Origin: an uncultured Mycoplasmatota bacterium
GTDB lineage: Bacteria > Bacillota_I > Bacilli_A > RF39 > UBA660
Assembly: GCA_946497145.1 (NCBI GenBank)
Contig: CAMMJA010000001.1
Coordinates: 87,334 to 140,126 of the forward strand
Direction: 5' to 3'
DNA length: 52,793 nt
Both the position numbers and the translations under genes were made by a program. Positions 29,785 to 40,312 of the stretch are shown here, in pieces (within the stretch, counting starts at the first letter, position 1; each line of letters begins with the position of its first letter). The notes below the pieces were generated by a model. It saw only the letters and a list, made by a program, of their open reading frames with translations. It ran no database searches and was not told where the DNA came from.

Positions 29785-31440
29785 ATGATTGATACAATAA
29801 AAATAATCGTCATGAACGAAGAAAGAGAAATACCGAAAGGTATGAGTTTACTAGAATTAAGTCGCGAATACCAAGATCGCTTTCAATATCCCATTATCAT
29901 TGCCAAAGTGAACGATAGTTATCAAGAACTAAGAGAGAAAATTATCAAGCCGGTAGACATTACTTTTTTTGATCTAACTTCTAGAATGGGTAACCGTATT
30001 TACGTTAATGGATTAATATTTTTAAATCTTTATGCGGTGAAAAAACTTTGGGGAAATGAAGCCAACATTGTCGTGCAGCATTCGATCGACAAAGGAATTT
30101 ATATCGAGACGAACTTTGCCTTAACAGAGCAAAAAGTAAAACAACTTGAACAAAAAATGCATGAACTTGTAAAACAAGATTTGGAAATTGCTAGAGTGAA
30201 TGTTTCAAGAAGAGATGCTATCGATTACTTTAAGAAAGTAAAAGATGAAGCCAAAGAAGGAATCATGAAGTATAATACCAATACTTACATTACGTTATAT
30301 CGTCTAGGAAATTGGTACAATTATTTTTATAATTATATGCCAGTAGATACGACGGGTCTTGACTATTTTGCTTTGACATACTTAAATCAAAACGGTTATG
30401 TTTTGCGATTTCCTACCGTGTACTTAAACAAACAAATCAAAGAATATGAGCATCATGAAAACATGTTTGAAGTGTTTAAAGAGTGTCGTGAATGGGCCAA
30501 GGTAATGAACATTCAAAATGTTGTAGAGCTCAATAACGTCGTAGCAAAAGGAAGGATTGGAGATTTAATTCGAATCGATGAAACGCTACAGAGCAATCGA
30601 CTTTTACAAGTAGCCAAAGAAATTTTCCAAAAGAAAGATCAATTGAAGTTGATTTTGATTGCCGGACCTTCTTCTTCTGGAAAAACGACAACGACCAATA
30701 AACTTTGTATGTACTTAAAAAGTTTTGGTTTGAACCCCAAAATGTTATCGATGGATGATTATTTTGTGGAGCGAGATGATACGCCACTGGACGAAGAAGG
30801 AAATTATGATTATGAAAGTTTAAGGGCTTTAGATTTAGATTTGTTTAATCAACAGATTGAAAAGTTGCTAAAACAAGAAGAAGTGATGATTCCTACGTAT
30901 AATTTTATTTTAGGAACCAAACAATATAAAAGAAAGATGCAATTAGGAAAAGATGACATTTTGTTGATCGAAGGAATTCATGGACTAAATCCGACCATTT
31001 TACCAAATGTTCCAAGAGAGAAAAAATTTAAAATCTATATTTCTGCTTTGACAGAGTTGAATTTGGACGATCACAATCGTATTCCAACAACTGATAATCG
31101 TTTGTTGAGAAGAATGATTCGCGACAATCGAACGCGTGGTTATGATGTTACAAAGACACTTGAGAATTGGCCAATGGTTCGAAAAGGAGAAGAACAATAC
31201 ATCTTCCCATATCAAGATGAAGCAGATGTTACGTTTAATTCGGCTTTAATTTATGAATTAGGAGTTTTAAAAACGTATGTAGAACCACTTTTGTATTCCG
31301 TAGATCAAAATTCAGAATACTACGAAGAAGCCAAACGTTTAATTAATTTTTTAAGAATGTTTTTACCAATTCCATCAGAGGCGATTCCACAAGATTCCAT
31401 TTTAAGAGAATTTATTGGCGGAAGTTGCTTTCATGATTAG
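29785..31440 (+). CDS. Nucleoside (uridine) kinase with ThrRS-like N-terminal domain
   Basis: IAGPSSSGKTT, SMDDYF, IEGIHGLN, RLLRRMIRDNRTRG. Confidence 0.88.
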   Translation: MIDTIKIIVMNEEREIPKGMSLLELSREYQDRFQYPIIIAKVNDSYQELREKIIKPVDITFFDLTSRMGNRIYVNGLIFLNLYAVKKLWGNEANIVVQHSIDKGIYIETNFALTEQKVKQLEQKMHELVKQDLEIARVNVSRRDAIDYFKKVKDEAKEGIMKYNTNTYITLYRLGNWYNYFYNYMPVDTTGLDYFALTYLNQNGYVLRFPTVYLNKQIKEYEHHENMFEVFKECREWAKVMNIQNVVELNNVVAKGRIGDLIRIDETLQSNRLLQVAKEIFQKKDQLKLILIAGPSSSGKTTTTNKLCMYLKSFGLNPKMLSMDDYFVERDDTPLDEEGNYDYESLRALDLDLFNQQIEKLLKQEEVMIPTYNFILGTKQYKRKMQLGKDDILLIEGIHGLNPTILPNVPREKKFKIYISALTELNLDDHNRIPTTDNRLLRRMIRDNRTRGYDVTKTLENWPMVRKGEEQYIFPYQDEADVTFNSALIYELGVLKTYVEPLLYSVDQNSEYYEEAKRLINFLRMFLPIPSEAIPQDSILREFIGGSCFHD

Positions 31441-31474
31441 GTTTTGATAAAATGAGAAAGAAAGGATTGATAAG

Positions 31475-32479
31475 ATGATAAAAGTAGCCATTAATGGATT
31501 TGGAAGAATAGGACGATTGGTATTTCGTTTGATGGAAGAACAAGAAGATTTTGAAGTTGTTGCCATCAATGATTTGACTGATGCTGAGCAACTTGCATAT
31601 TTGTTGAAGTACGATACCAATCATCGTAACTATCGCATCGATGAAATTTCAGTAAAAAATAATAATATTTGTATTGGAGAAAGAGAAGTTAAAATTTTTG
31701 CAGAAAAAGATCCTGTCAATTTACCATGGAAAGAGTTAGGAATCGATGTGGTAATGGAATGTACAGGAGCGTTTACGAGCAAAGAAAAGGCGATGGCTCA
31801 TGTTGAAGCAGGTGCCAAAAAAGTAATCATTTCAGCCCCTGCCAAAGGAGATTTAAAAACGATCGTCTACAACGTTAACGAGAAAACGTTAACTGGAGAA
31901 GAACAGATTATCTCAGCAGCAAGTTGTACGACCAATTGTTTAGCGCCAGTATTGGATGTGATCGATCGAGAATTTGGAATTATCAAAGGATACATGACGA
32001 CAGTTCATGCTTATACCAACGATCAAGCAACTTTGGATGTTCCACATAAAAAAGGAATCTATGCTCGTCGTGGTAGAGCAGCAGCAGCCAATATCATTCC
32101 AGCATCAACTGGAGCAGCAAGTGCCATTGGTAAAGTGCTTCCTAACTTAGAAGGACGATTAGAGGGTTCCGCGATGCGCGTACCAGTGCCAACGGGATCA
32201 GTAATTGATTTAGTTTTAGAATTGAAACGCAATGTGACCAAAGAAGAAGTGAACCAAGTACTAGAAGAACACAGTAATGAAACCTTACAATTTACAATGG
32301 ATCCAGTAGTATCCAGCGATATTATTGGCAGAAGTTGTGGCGCTTTAGTCGATGGACTATTGACGACTGTCTTGGAAGTAGAGGGAAAACAACTAGTAAA
32401 AGTAGTAGCGTGGTACGATAATGAAATGGGATATTCCAATCAAATGGTTCGTACGGCCAAGTATTTAATGGAACAATAA
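31475..32479 (+). CDS. gap: Type I glyceraldehyde-3-phosphate dehydrogenase
   Basis: INGFGRIGR, ASCTTNCLAP, WYDNE. Confidence 0.99.
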   Translation: MIKVAINGFGRIGRLVFRLMEEQEDFEVVAINDLTDAEQLAYLLKYDTNHRNYRIDEISVKNNNICIGEREVKIFAEKDPVNLPWKELGIDVVMECTGAFTSKEKAMAHVEAGAKKVIISAPAKGDLKTIVYNVNEKTLTGEEQIISAASCTTNCLAPVLDVIDREFGIIKGYMTTVHAYTNDQATLDVPHKKGIYARRGRAAAANIIPASTGAASAIGKVLPNLEGRLEGSAMRVPVPTGSVIDLVLELKRNVTKEEVNQVLEEHSNETLQFTMDPVVSSDIIGRSCGALVDGLLTTVLEVEGKQLVKVVAWYDNEMGYSNQMVRTAKYLMEQ

Positions 32480-32561
32480 AGAAGAGAAACTCTTCTTTTT
32501 TTGTTGAAAAAGAACACGATCTGTGTTGAAGTAAACACTACCAAAAGAAAGGAAGAATAGT

Positions 32562-33050
32562 ATGGATATTGATCAATTGTTAGAGGTAATGGAATATAGT
32601 TTCCTAAATCATTATAAAAACAAGGCCCGTTTTGGTTTGTTACAATATTTCTCATTAACTGATATTGCACCAAGACAACTATCTAAAATTGCTGCCTCTA
32701 AGAAAAAAAGAACGCTTTCAAGATTATTAGGGCAATTTAGCGATCAAAACATTTGGGGATTAAAAGAACTAGAACTAGAAAAGAGTATTAGTTTGTTACA
32801 TTCTATTCATGGTCATGTAGTGACACAACAAGAAAAATTGGATGTGGTTGAAAAATTAAAAGAAGAAACATTCCCAGTATTAGAAGGTACTTTGATGGAG
32901 GGCTCACGTTACTATGTCTGTGATGGAATCGATGCAATTTCTAAAGAACAGATTCAAAGTGAATTGTTAGAGTGTTATCATACTTACTGTGATGAAAATC
33001 AAAGTAGTAATAAACCCTACGTTTTGATGAAACAAAGAGAAAGAAAATAA
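32562..33050 (+). CDS. Hypothetical protein, 162 aa
   Basis: AAGGA RBS, fills gap-pgk interval; no recognised motif. Confidence 0.75.
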   Translation: MDIDQLLEVMEYSFLNHYKNKARFGLLQYFSLTDIAPRQLSKIAASKKKRTLSRLLGQFSDQNIWGLKELELEKSISLLHSIHGHVVTQQEKLDVVEKLKEETFPVLEGTLMEGSRYYVCDGIDAISKEQIQSELLECYHTYCDENQSSNKPYVLMKQRERK

Positions 33051-33144
33051 TGATTCTTTCTTTTTTATTACGATTTTGTAATATTATTTTTATTGTTCCT
33101 CTTATGGCAATGTGTTATAATGAACATGAGTGTAGGAGGTGTCT

Positions 33145-34326
33145 ATGAAGAAAACGATACGTGATTTTGACTTGAAGAATAAGCAAGTATTAATGAGATG
33201 TGATTTTAATGTACCAATCAAAAATAATCAAATTGTAGATGACACTCGTATTGTTGCTAGTATTCCGACAATTCAATATGCCATCGATTGTGGGGCAAAA
33301 ATAATTTTATTTTCTCACTTAGGAAGAATCAAACAACAGGAAGATCTATTTAAGAATAGTTTGGAACCGGTAAGTAAACGTTTGGAAGAATTACTTGGCC
33401 AAAAAGTATTCTTTAGTAAAGAAACAAGAGGAAAAGAATTAGAACAAATCATAGATAAGATGCAACCAGGTGATGTTTTATTAGTAGAAAATACACGCTT
33501 TGAAGACTTAGATGGAAAAAAGGAAAGTAAAAATGATCCTGAGCTTGGTTCCTATTGGGCGAGTTTAGGAGATATTTTTATTAACGATGCTTTTGGAACT
33601 TCCCATAGAAGTCATGCTTCCAATGTTGGAATTGCCTCTCATTTACCAAGTGGAATTGGTTTTTTGATTGAAAAAGAACTACAAGTACTATCGTCCCTAG
33701 AAAAGCCAAATAGACCCTATGTTGTCATTTTAGGCGGTGCGAAAGTACAAGATAAGATTGGAGTTATTGAAAATTTAATTCATAAAGCAGACAAAATTTT
33801 GGTTGGTGGAGGTATGGCTTTTACGTTTTTAAAAGCGCAAGGGTATGAAATAGGAACATCTTTATTAGATGCTGCTAGTATTGATTTTTGTAGTAAAATG
33901 TTAAAAGAACATGCTGATAAAATCGTATTACCAATCGATGCTGTAACCAGTAAATCATTAGAAGACGAAACAAACAATGCAGCAGCAATCAATCAAATAT
34001 CAAGTGATGAAATGGGATTAGATATTGGAAAAGATACTATTTTATTGTTTGAAAAATATTTAAAAGATGCCAAAACAGTGGTATGGAATGGTCCATTAGG
34101 AGCGTATGAGTATCCAAAATATCAACATGGAACGAAAGAAATTTTAGAATTTTTAACGCAAACAGATGCAACAGTTATTTTAGGTGGTGGAGACATCGTT
34201 GCTGCAGCCACTCAACTTGGATACAAAGATAAAGTGACACATTGCTCAACAGGTGGAGGAGCAACATTAGAATACTTGGAAGGAAAGACGCTTCCTGGAA
34301 TTGCAATTATCCAAGAAAAAGAATAA
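33145..34326 (+). CDS. pgk: Phosphoglycerate kinase
   Basis: RCDFNVP, SHLGR, NDAFGTSHR, STGGGA. Confidence 0.99.
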   Translation: MKKTIRDFDLKNKQVLMRCDFNVPIKNNQIVDDTRIVASIPTIQYAIDCGAKIILFSHLGRIKQQEDLFKNSLEPVSKRLEELLGQKVFFSKETRGKELEQIIDKMQPGDVLLVENTRFEDLDGKKESKNDPELGSYWASLGDIFINDAFGTSHRSHASNVGIASHLPSGIGFLIEKELQVLSSLEKPNRPYVVILGGAKVQDKIGVIENLIHKADKILVGGGMAFTFLKAQGYEIGTSLLDAASIDFCSKMLKEHADKIVLPIDAVTSKSLEDETNNAAAINQISSDEMGLDIGKDTILLFEKYLKDAKTVVWNGPLGAYEYPKYQHGTKEILEFLTQTDATVILGGGDIVAAATQLGYKDKVTHCSTGGGATLEYLEGKTLPGIAIIQEKE

Positions 34327-34373
34327 ATGCATGAAAAAATACACAATGAAGATAGGACAAAGGAACGAAGTAT

Positions 34374-35387
34374 ATGTTAAAAAATATTAAAAAGAATGCC
34401 TTTATTTTAATTGCGATTACACTAATCGTCCTCTACTTTGTATTAAAAGATGACTTTTCTAGCATTATGGAACAACTATTAAAAATGAATCCTATTTGGC
34501 TGTTAGTCGCCTTGTTATGTTATGTTTTATACATTGTCTTAAAATCTTTGGCATTTCATATGACAGTAAAACAAGAAAAGCAAGATTATACATTTAAAAG
34601 AAGTATGATACACAATACAGTTGTTCAATTTTTTAATGGTATTACTCCTTTTTCGACAGGTGGACAACCTATGGAAGTGTACATGTTAAAGCAGCAAGGA
34701 ATTCGTTATTCAAAAGGTGTTAATATCATTTTGCAAACGTTTATTTTTTATCAAACGGCATTAGTGATCTATGGTTTGATAGCTGTTGCGTTGAACTATT
34801 CCTTTCATTTTTTTGAAAAGATACCCTTATTAAGACGACTTATTTTACTTGGTTTTTTCATTAATACCTTAGTAGTAGTCGCGCTGTTTATTATTTCGTT
34901 TGGCAAGCGTTTGAATCATTTTTTAGTAAAGAAAATAGTACATCTTTTTCATAAATTGAAAATTGTAAAAAATGAAGAAGATACTCTTGTACGTTGGACG
35001 GAAAGAGTAGAAACATTTCATAGTTGTGCCGAGCATTTGAAAGAACACAAATCTATTTTCATCAAAGGTGTTTTATTGCATCTTTTGAGTTTGTCATTTT
35101 TCTATGTCATTCCTTTGTTTTTGGCTTATAGTATGAATGATTACACTAGTTTAAATGCGATGACTGCTATCGTATCTTCTGCTTATGTTTTAATTATTGG
35201 TTCTTTTGTACCAATTCCTGGAGCAAGTGGTGGAATTGAGTACGGCTTCCTTGCTTTCTTCGGGAATTTCATAGGTGGTAGTATGTTGCCAGCAATGTTG
35301 TTGATGTGGCGTTTTATTACGTATTATTTGGGCTTGATTGTAGGAGCAATCTTATTGATGATAGATAAAGGAGGAAAAAAAGAGTGA
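34374..35387 (+). CDS. Lysylphosphatidylglycerol synthase TM-domain (flippase-like) protein
   Basis: ITPFSTGGQP, PIPGASGGIE, LMWRFITYY. Confidence 0.85.
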   Translation: MLKNIKKNAFILIAITLIVLYFVLKDDFSSIMEQLLKMNPIWLLVALLCYVLYIVLKSLAFHMTVKQEKQDYTFKRSMIHNTVVQFFNGITPFSTGGQPMEVYMLKQQGIRYSKGVNIILQTFIFYQTALVIYGLIAVALNYSFHFFEKIPLLRRLILLGFFINTLVVVALFIISFGKRLNHFLVKKIVHLFHKLKIVKNEEDTLVRWTERVETFHSCAEHLKEHKSIFIKGVLLHLLSLSFFYVIPLFLAYSMNDYTSLNAMTAIVSSAYVLIIGSFVPIPGASGGIEYGFLAFFGNFIGGSMLPAMLLMWRFITYYLGLIVGAILLMIDKGGKKE

Positions 35388-36607
35388 GAATTGGTTTGTT
35401 TACAGATACCTATCCTCCGTATATCAACGGGGTGTCAACAAGCGTCTATATGTTGAAAAAAAGTTTGGAAAAAAAAGGACATCAAGTGTATGTCGTTACG
35501 GTTAGTAACAGTATTACCAAGTACGAGTTTGAAGAAGATAATCACATCATTCGTATTCCAGGAGTACCAACAGGGATTTACGATTATCGTCTGAGTCGTG
35601 TTTATCCTTTAAAAATAATTAATATGGTCAAAAAATGGAAGTTAGATGTCATTCATTCTCATACAGAGTTTGGGGTAGGAACATTCGCACGACTATTTGC
35701 CAAGCAATTTAATATTCCACTAGTTCATACTTACCATACGATGTATGAAGATTACATTCACTATATTACCAAGGGATATTTTGATCGATCTAGTAAAAAA
35801 ATCGTCGAGTATTTAACTTTATTTTATTGTGATAAGACGGCAACAGAGTTAATTGTACCAACCAAAAAGACATATGATTTGTTTAAAGAAAAATATCGCG
35901 TGAATCGTAATGTGCACATTATTCCAACGGGAATTGAAGTAGAACGTTTTTACGTAGAAAATGTTGATAAAAAACAGGTTGCGCATTTAAAAAAATATTT
36001 TAAAATTAAGAAGAACGATTTTGTAATTATTTTTGTTGGACGCTTGGCCGAAGAGAAGAACGTAGAATTTTTGATCGAAGTAGAAAAAGAGTTATGTAAG
36101 CAAAATAGCGCAATTAAGTTGTTGATTGTAGGCGATGGGCCTGATCGTAACAAGTACGAAGATTTGGCTAAAAAACTTAAAATTTCGGACCAAGTTATTT
36201 TTACAGGAAAAGTACCTTGGGAAGAAATTCCCTGTTATTATCAACTTGCCAATTTGTTTGTAACAGCATCAAAAACGGAAACACAAGGATTAACCGTAGT
36301 AGAGGCCATGGCTGGAGGTGTGACACCTGTTTGTATGGATGATGAGGCATTTCGAACAGTTGTAGTAGATGGATTAAACGGAAGATTGTTTAAAACGCAA
36401 AAAGAATGCAAGGAACAGATTTTGGAACTATTTCAAAACAAAGATCTGTGTAAGCACTATTCCAATCAAGCAAGGATTCAAGCCGAACATTGCAGTTCTG
36501 CTCATTATGCAGAAAGTGTATTAGAAGTATATCGACGTGCAATTAAAAATAAACAAGAGAACAGGAATTGGTTATCAAAGTTAATTAGCAAAATAAAAGG
36601 AGATTAA
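35384..36607 (+). CDS. GT4 glycosyltransferase, likely 1,2-diacylglycerol 3-glucosyltransferase
   Basis: FTDTYPPYINGVSTS, HTYHTMYEDY, GRLAEEKN, ETQGLTVVEAMA. Confidence 0.88.
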   Translation: MRIGLFTDTYPPYINGVSTSVYMLKKSLEKKGHQVYVVTVSNSITKYEFEEDNHIIRIPGVPTGIYDYRLSRVYPLKIINMVKKWKLDVIHSHTEFGVGTFARLFAKQFNIPLVHTYHTMYEDYIHYITKGYFDRSSKKIVEYLTLFYCDKTATELIVPTKKTYDLFKEKYRVNRNVHIIPTGIEVERFYVENVDKKQVAHLKKYFKIKKNDFVIIFVGRLAEEKNVEFLIEVEKELCKQNSAIKLLIVGDGPDRNKYEDLAKKLKISDQVIFTGKVPWEEIPCYYQLANLFVTASKTETQGLTVVEAMAGGVTPVCMDDEAFRTVVVDGLNGRLFKTQKECKEQILELFQNKDLCKHYSNQARIQAEHCSSAHYAESVLEVYRRAIKNKQENRNWLSKLISKIKGD

Positions 36608-36609
36608 AT

Positions 36610-37317
36610 ATGTTAATAGTACTAAACCATAAAATGAATCTTACGAAAGAAGAAGTTGTTGCATATGAAAAAATCATACGTGAAAAAACGTATGATGATA
36701 CGTTAGTAGTGTGTCCAAGTATTGCTTATTTGCCTTATTTCCAAGGAGAAAACTATAAGTTGGGCTCTCAAATCGTCAGTCAATACGATGGGGGAAGTCA
36801 TACAGGAGAAGTATCGGCTAAGCAACTTCGTTCTTTAAACGTTTCTCATTGTTTAGTGGGACACAGTGAAACAAGAAAAGATCATAATGAAACAGAACTA
36901 GAGTTAAATAAAAAAATCAAAGTACTGTTAAAAAATGGTATCATTCCGATTCTTTGTATTGGTGAGACGCAAGAAGAAAGAGATCAAAATAAAGCAGAGG
37001 ATGTTTTAACACGTGATTTAAGAAATTGCCTACGAGAGTTGTCCAAAGAAGAAATTTCAAAAGTCATTGTGGCATATGAACCCATTTGGGCAATCGGGTC
37101 TGGGAACGTTCCTTCTAATGAGACGATAGAACAAACGGTATCAATGATCAAAACATTTATAGAAGAACAATATCAGGAAAGCGTGAAAGTGTTATATGGG
37201 GGAAGCATTAACAAGCACAATTATACCATCTTAAAGACAATTTTTAATGTCGATGGCTTTTTGATTGGTGGTTTTGGTTTAGATGTCCAAGGAATACAAG
37301 AGATGTTAGAAATATAG
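36610..37317 (+). CDS. tpiA: Triosephosphate isomerase
   Basis: NHKMN, HTGEVSA, GHSE, AYEPIWAIG, LYGGS. Confidence 0.95.
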   Translation: MLIVLNHKMNLTKEEVVAYEKIIREKTYDDTLVVCPSIAYLPYFQGENYKLGSQIVSQYDGGSHTGEVSAKQLRSLNVSHCLVGHSETRKDHNETELELNKKIKVLLKNGIIPILCIGETQEERDQNKAEDVLTRDLRNCLRELSKEEISKVIVAYEPIWAIGSGNVPSNETIEQTVSMIKTFIEEQYQESVKVLYGGSINKHNYTILKTIFNVDGFLIGGFGLDVQGIQEMLEI

Positions 37318-37318
37318 T

Positions 37319-37349
37319 AAAAAAGAGTTCTTAGAAAAACTCTTTTTTT
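37319..37349. terminator. Bidirectional terminator between tpiA and Nudix gene
   Basis: AAAAAAGAGTT...AACTCTTTTTT inverted repeat between convergent genes. Confidence 0.7.
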
Positions 37350-37365
37350 GTGCGACCTGATTATT

Positions 37366-37821
37366 TTAGGAGCGAAGTGTTTTATGAAAGGAGTGACCTA
37401 ACTTTTCTAAAACTAATATGGTGAATGGAGATAATTCTTCTTTTTTTAACTCCGTAATTGGATACCATTTGGCTCCTAGTGAATCTTGTCCATCTTCGGT
37501 AGTTTTGAGATCTTTGCTTTTAAAATCTGCAGTATAGAAAATTCCGATGTGATGTAGATCTTCGATGGTATTTTCGTCTAAATGCCATTTAAAAGTAACG
37601 CTTGATACATCTAATAATTTGATGTTATGTATTTCTATTCCAAGTTCTTCCATCATTTCTCTTTTTAAAGCGTCAATAGGAAGTTCCCCGTGTTCGATAC
37701 CACCGCCAGGAAGATCTAGTTTTCCTTTATAACCTCCGCGACTTTTTTTGATCAAGGCAATTTTTCCTCCATCAAGGATAACACCATATGAACCAATGTG
37801 TTTGTTTTTGAATTCTTTCAT
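37366..37821 (-). CDS. Nudix hydrolase
   Basis: Nudix box GGGIEHGELPIDALKREMMEELG. Confidence 0.92.
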   Translation of the reverse strand: MKEFKNKHIGSYGVILDGGKIALIKKSRGGYKGKLDLPGGGIEHGELPIDALKREMMEELGIEIHNIKLLDVSSVTFKWHLDENTIEDLHHIGIFYTADFKSKDLKTTEDGQDSLGAKWYPITELKKEELSPFTILVLEKLGHSFHKTLRS

Positions 37822-37864
37822 TGTTTATCACTCCTTTTCTTACGAAGAAAATAACATTACTTTG

Positions 37865-38027
37865 TGTCATAAATTGTCGTATTTTGTCGAAAAAACAAAA
37901 AAATTGTCTTTTTGTTAACTTTTTCTCGAGTTAAAAGATATTCTAAATAACATTGGAAAACTATGTTTTCACTGCGTAAAAACGAATTGCCAAGATAATT
38001 TTAATCGTATACTTTACGATTTCGACA
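37865..38027. promoter_or_regulatory. Spo0A boxes (0A boxes) in nudix/spo0A divergent region
   Basis: TGTCATA 37865, TGTCGTA 37875, perfect TGTCGAA 37885 (10-bp phasing); perfect inverted TTCGACA 38021. Confidence 0.75.
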
Positions 38028-38109
38028 AAACTAGTGCTTTTTTTCTCTATCAATTTTACTTGAATTATTATATAATAAACTTGCGTGGTAGTATAAGGAA
38101 GGAGAAAAT

Positions 38110-38889
38110 ATGAAAACGATAAGAGTACTTATGATAGACGACAATGTCGAACTAGTAAGCATGATTAAGGAGTATTTTAGTGATCACGCTAATATTGAAG
38201 TAACACTTGAGGCAAATGATGGAGAAGAAGGATTAAAACTAATTGAAAATAATCAAAAAGATTACGACGTAGTTTTATTAGATCTCATCATGCCAAAGAA
38301 AGATGGAGTAACAGTTCTAGAAGAATTGAAAGGAAAAGACATCGATAAGAAGATTATTGTATTAACTTCTTATAATGCCCAAGACATGATTAGAAAAGTA
38401 TCAGAACTTGGCATTGACTATTTTATTTTAAAACCATTTGAGTTATCTGATTTAGAAAAGAGAATTCTAGAATGTGCAAGCGATACCAAGTATACCAACA
38501 AGGCAATTGATTTGTACCATAACAATTTGCAAATTTCAATTACTAAGATTTTACATGAATTAGGAGTTCCATCACATATCAAGGGTTATCAATATATAAG
38601 AGAAGGAATTACGGTTCTATACGAAAGACCTGATGTCATCGGTGGAATAACCAAAGAGTTGTATCCTGATATCGCAAGCAAGTTTGATACGACAGTATCC
38701 CGTGTAGAACGCGCCATTAGACATGCGATTGAAGTAAGTTGGAATCGTGGTAATTGGCAGTTGATGGAAGATATCTTCGGACATAGTGTCGATATCGACA
38801 AAGCCAAACCAACCAATTCAGAATTTATTGTAACAGTCGCAGACAAATTACGGCTAGAGTTTCATAAAACTTCAAATGCCAAGCAGTAG
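38110..38889 (+). CDS. spo0A: Sporulation master regulator Spo0A
   Basis: Receiver LLDLIMP; [47 protein letters not shown]. Confidence 0.97.
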   Translation: MKTIRVLMIDDNVELVSMIKEYFSDHANIEVTLEANDGEEGLKLIENNQKDYDVVLLDLIMPKKDGVTVLEELKGKDIDKKIIVLTSYNAQDMIRKVSELGIDYFILKPFELSDLEKRILECASDTKYTNKAIDLYHNNLQISITKILHELGVPSHIKGYQYIREGITVLYERPDVIGGITKELYPDIASKFDTTVSRVERAIRHAIEVSWNRGNWQLMEDIFGHSVDIDKAKPTNSEFIVTVADKLRLEFHKTSNAKQ

Positions 38890-38978
38890 TACGTTAAGCC
38901 GAGCAGTATGGGCTTTTTATTTTGGTTAAATTTGAATAAAATTGTCTTATTTTGTCGGTTACTTCTTATGTCTAGCAA

Positions 38979-39007
38979 TTGACAAAAAAACAAGAACATA
39001 TTATACT
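38979..39007 (+). promoter_or_regulatory. Near-consensus sigmaA promoter
   Basis: TTGACA-17-TATACT upstream of AAGGAGG RBS. Confidence 0.8.
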
Positions 39008-39040
39008 TAATTTGTAAAATATGTAAGGAGGTATCAATTT

Positions 39041-40312
39041 ATGGAACGAAAAATCAATAGTTTTTTGCACAAATGGAAACGGGATATTATTCGTAAGCCA
39101 CTGTTGATCTATGGACCCAAGCAAATTGGAAAAACCTATACTGCCTTAGCATTCGGAAAAGAAGAATATAAAAATGTTGCCTATTTTAATACGGATAACA
39201 ACAAAGAATTGTTAGAGATTCTAAAAAAAGAAAAACAACTTGATCGAATCATTATGAAAATGTCGTTGTTGAGTGGAGAAAGTATATTTAAAAATGATAC
39301 GTTGATCATACTAGATAATGTCAATGACATTGAAGTTGTCAAAACAATTAAACTTTTTGGTAGTGAAAGAAATGATTATCATATTATTTTAATTACTTCA
39401 AGAAGAGAAAATTTAACTGTTTTTAAAGGGGAAGAACTGCAATACAAAGGAATGTATGGTATGGATTTTGAAGAGTACCTTTGGGCAATTGATCAAAAAC
39501 AATTGGTAGAATTCATTCAAAACTCTTTTAAAAACGGCAAAACGATGCCATTTCACAATGTGGCGATGGATTATTTTTATAATTATTTAGAAACCGGAGG
39601 ACTTCCTGAAGTAGTTTTTAATAGTATACAAAAAGAAAAAGATGCTTATCTTGATATGATTAAAAACAAAATATTAGATACGTATCAAAAAGAAATGAGT
39701 CATAACACAAATTTAATCGATATTCCAAGATCGATTGAAGTGTTACAAAGTATTCCTTATCAATTGAAGAAAGAAAATAAAAAGTTTCAATATGGTTTAA
39801 TGGGATATGGAAAACGAGCCAAAGAATACGATAGTGCGATTGATTTTTTGGTAAACAATCAATTGGCTTATCGTAGTTATAAAATTATGATGGTAAAATC
39901 ACCATTAAGTAGTTGTAAAGAAAAAGATAGTTTTAAATTGTATTTAAATGATGATGGTATGTTGTTTTTTATGATGCACAGCAATTCAAAACAATTATTT
40001 TTGGACAACAAATTAAAAACGGCGTTGTACGAAAATCATATTGCCAAAAATTTAGTAGAGGCGGGCTATCCAATCTATTATTATCAATCAGAAGGAAAAG
40101 CGGAAGTAAGTTTTGTCATTCAAAATAGAATGGGGCAAGTGATTCCGATTGAACTGGTCAATAAAGATGTTTCTAAATCAAAGTCGTTATCGTTATTTAT
40201 GAAGAAGTTTACGGTAAAGGAAGCCATTCGTGTAACAGAAGATAACTTTGCAATAAAAAAAGGAGTTCGTTATATTCCAATTTATGCGATGTTTTGTATG
40301 AAGGAGGGTTAA
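39041..40312 (+). CDS. AAA_14 ATPase plus DUF4143 protein with degenerate catalytic motifs
   Basis: GPKQIGKT, MDFEEYL, TGGLPEVV, FKLYLND, LYENHIA, EVSFV..PIEL, YIPIYA. Confidence 0.85.
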   Translation: MERKINSFLHKWKRDIIRKPLLIYGPKQIGKTYTALAFGKEEYKNVAYFNTDNNKELLEILKKEKQLDRIIMKMSLLSGESIFKNDTLIILDNVNDIEVVKTIKLFGSERNDYHIILITSRRENLTVFKGEELQYKGMYGMDFEEYLWAIDQKQLVEFIQNSFKNGKTMPFHNVAMDYFYNYLETGGLPEVVFNSIQKEKDAYLDMIKNKILDTYQKEMSHNTNLIDIPRSIEVLQSIPYQLKKENKKFQYGLMGYGKRAKEYDSAIDFLVNNQLAYRSYKIMMVKSPLSSCKEKDSFKLYLNDDGMLFFMMHSNSKQLFLDNKLKTALYENHIAKNLVEAGYPIYYYQSEGKAEVSFVIQNRMGQVIPIELVNKDVSKSKSLSLFMKKFTVKEAIRVTEDNFAIKKGVRYIPIYAMFCMKEG

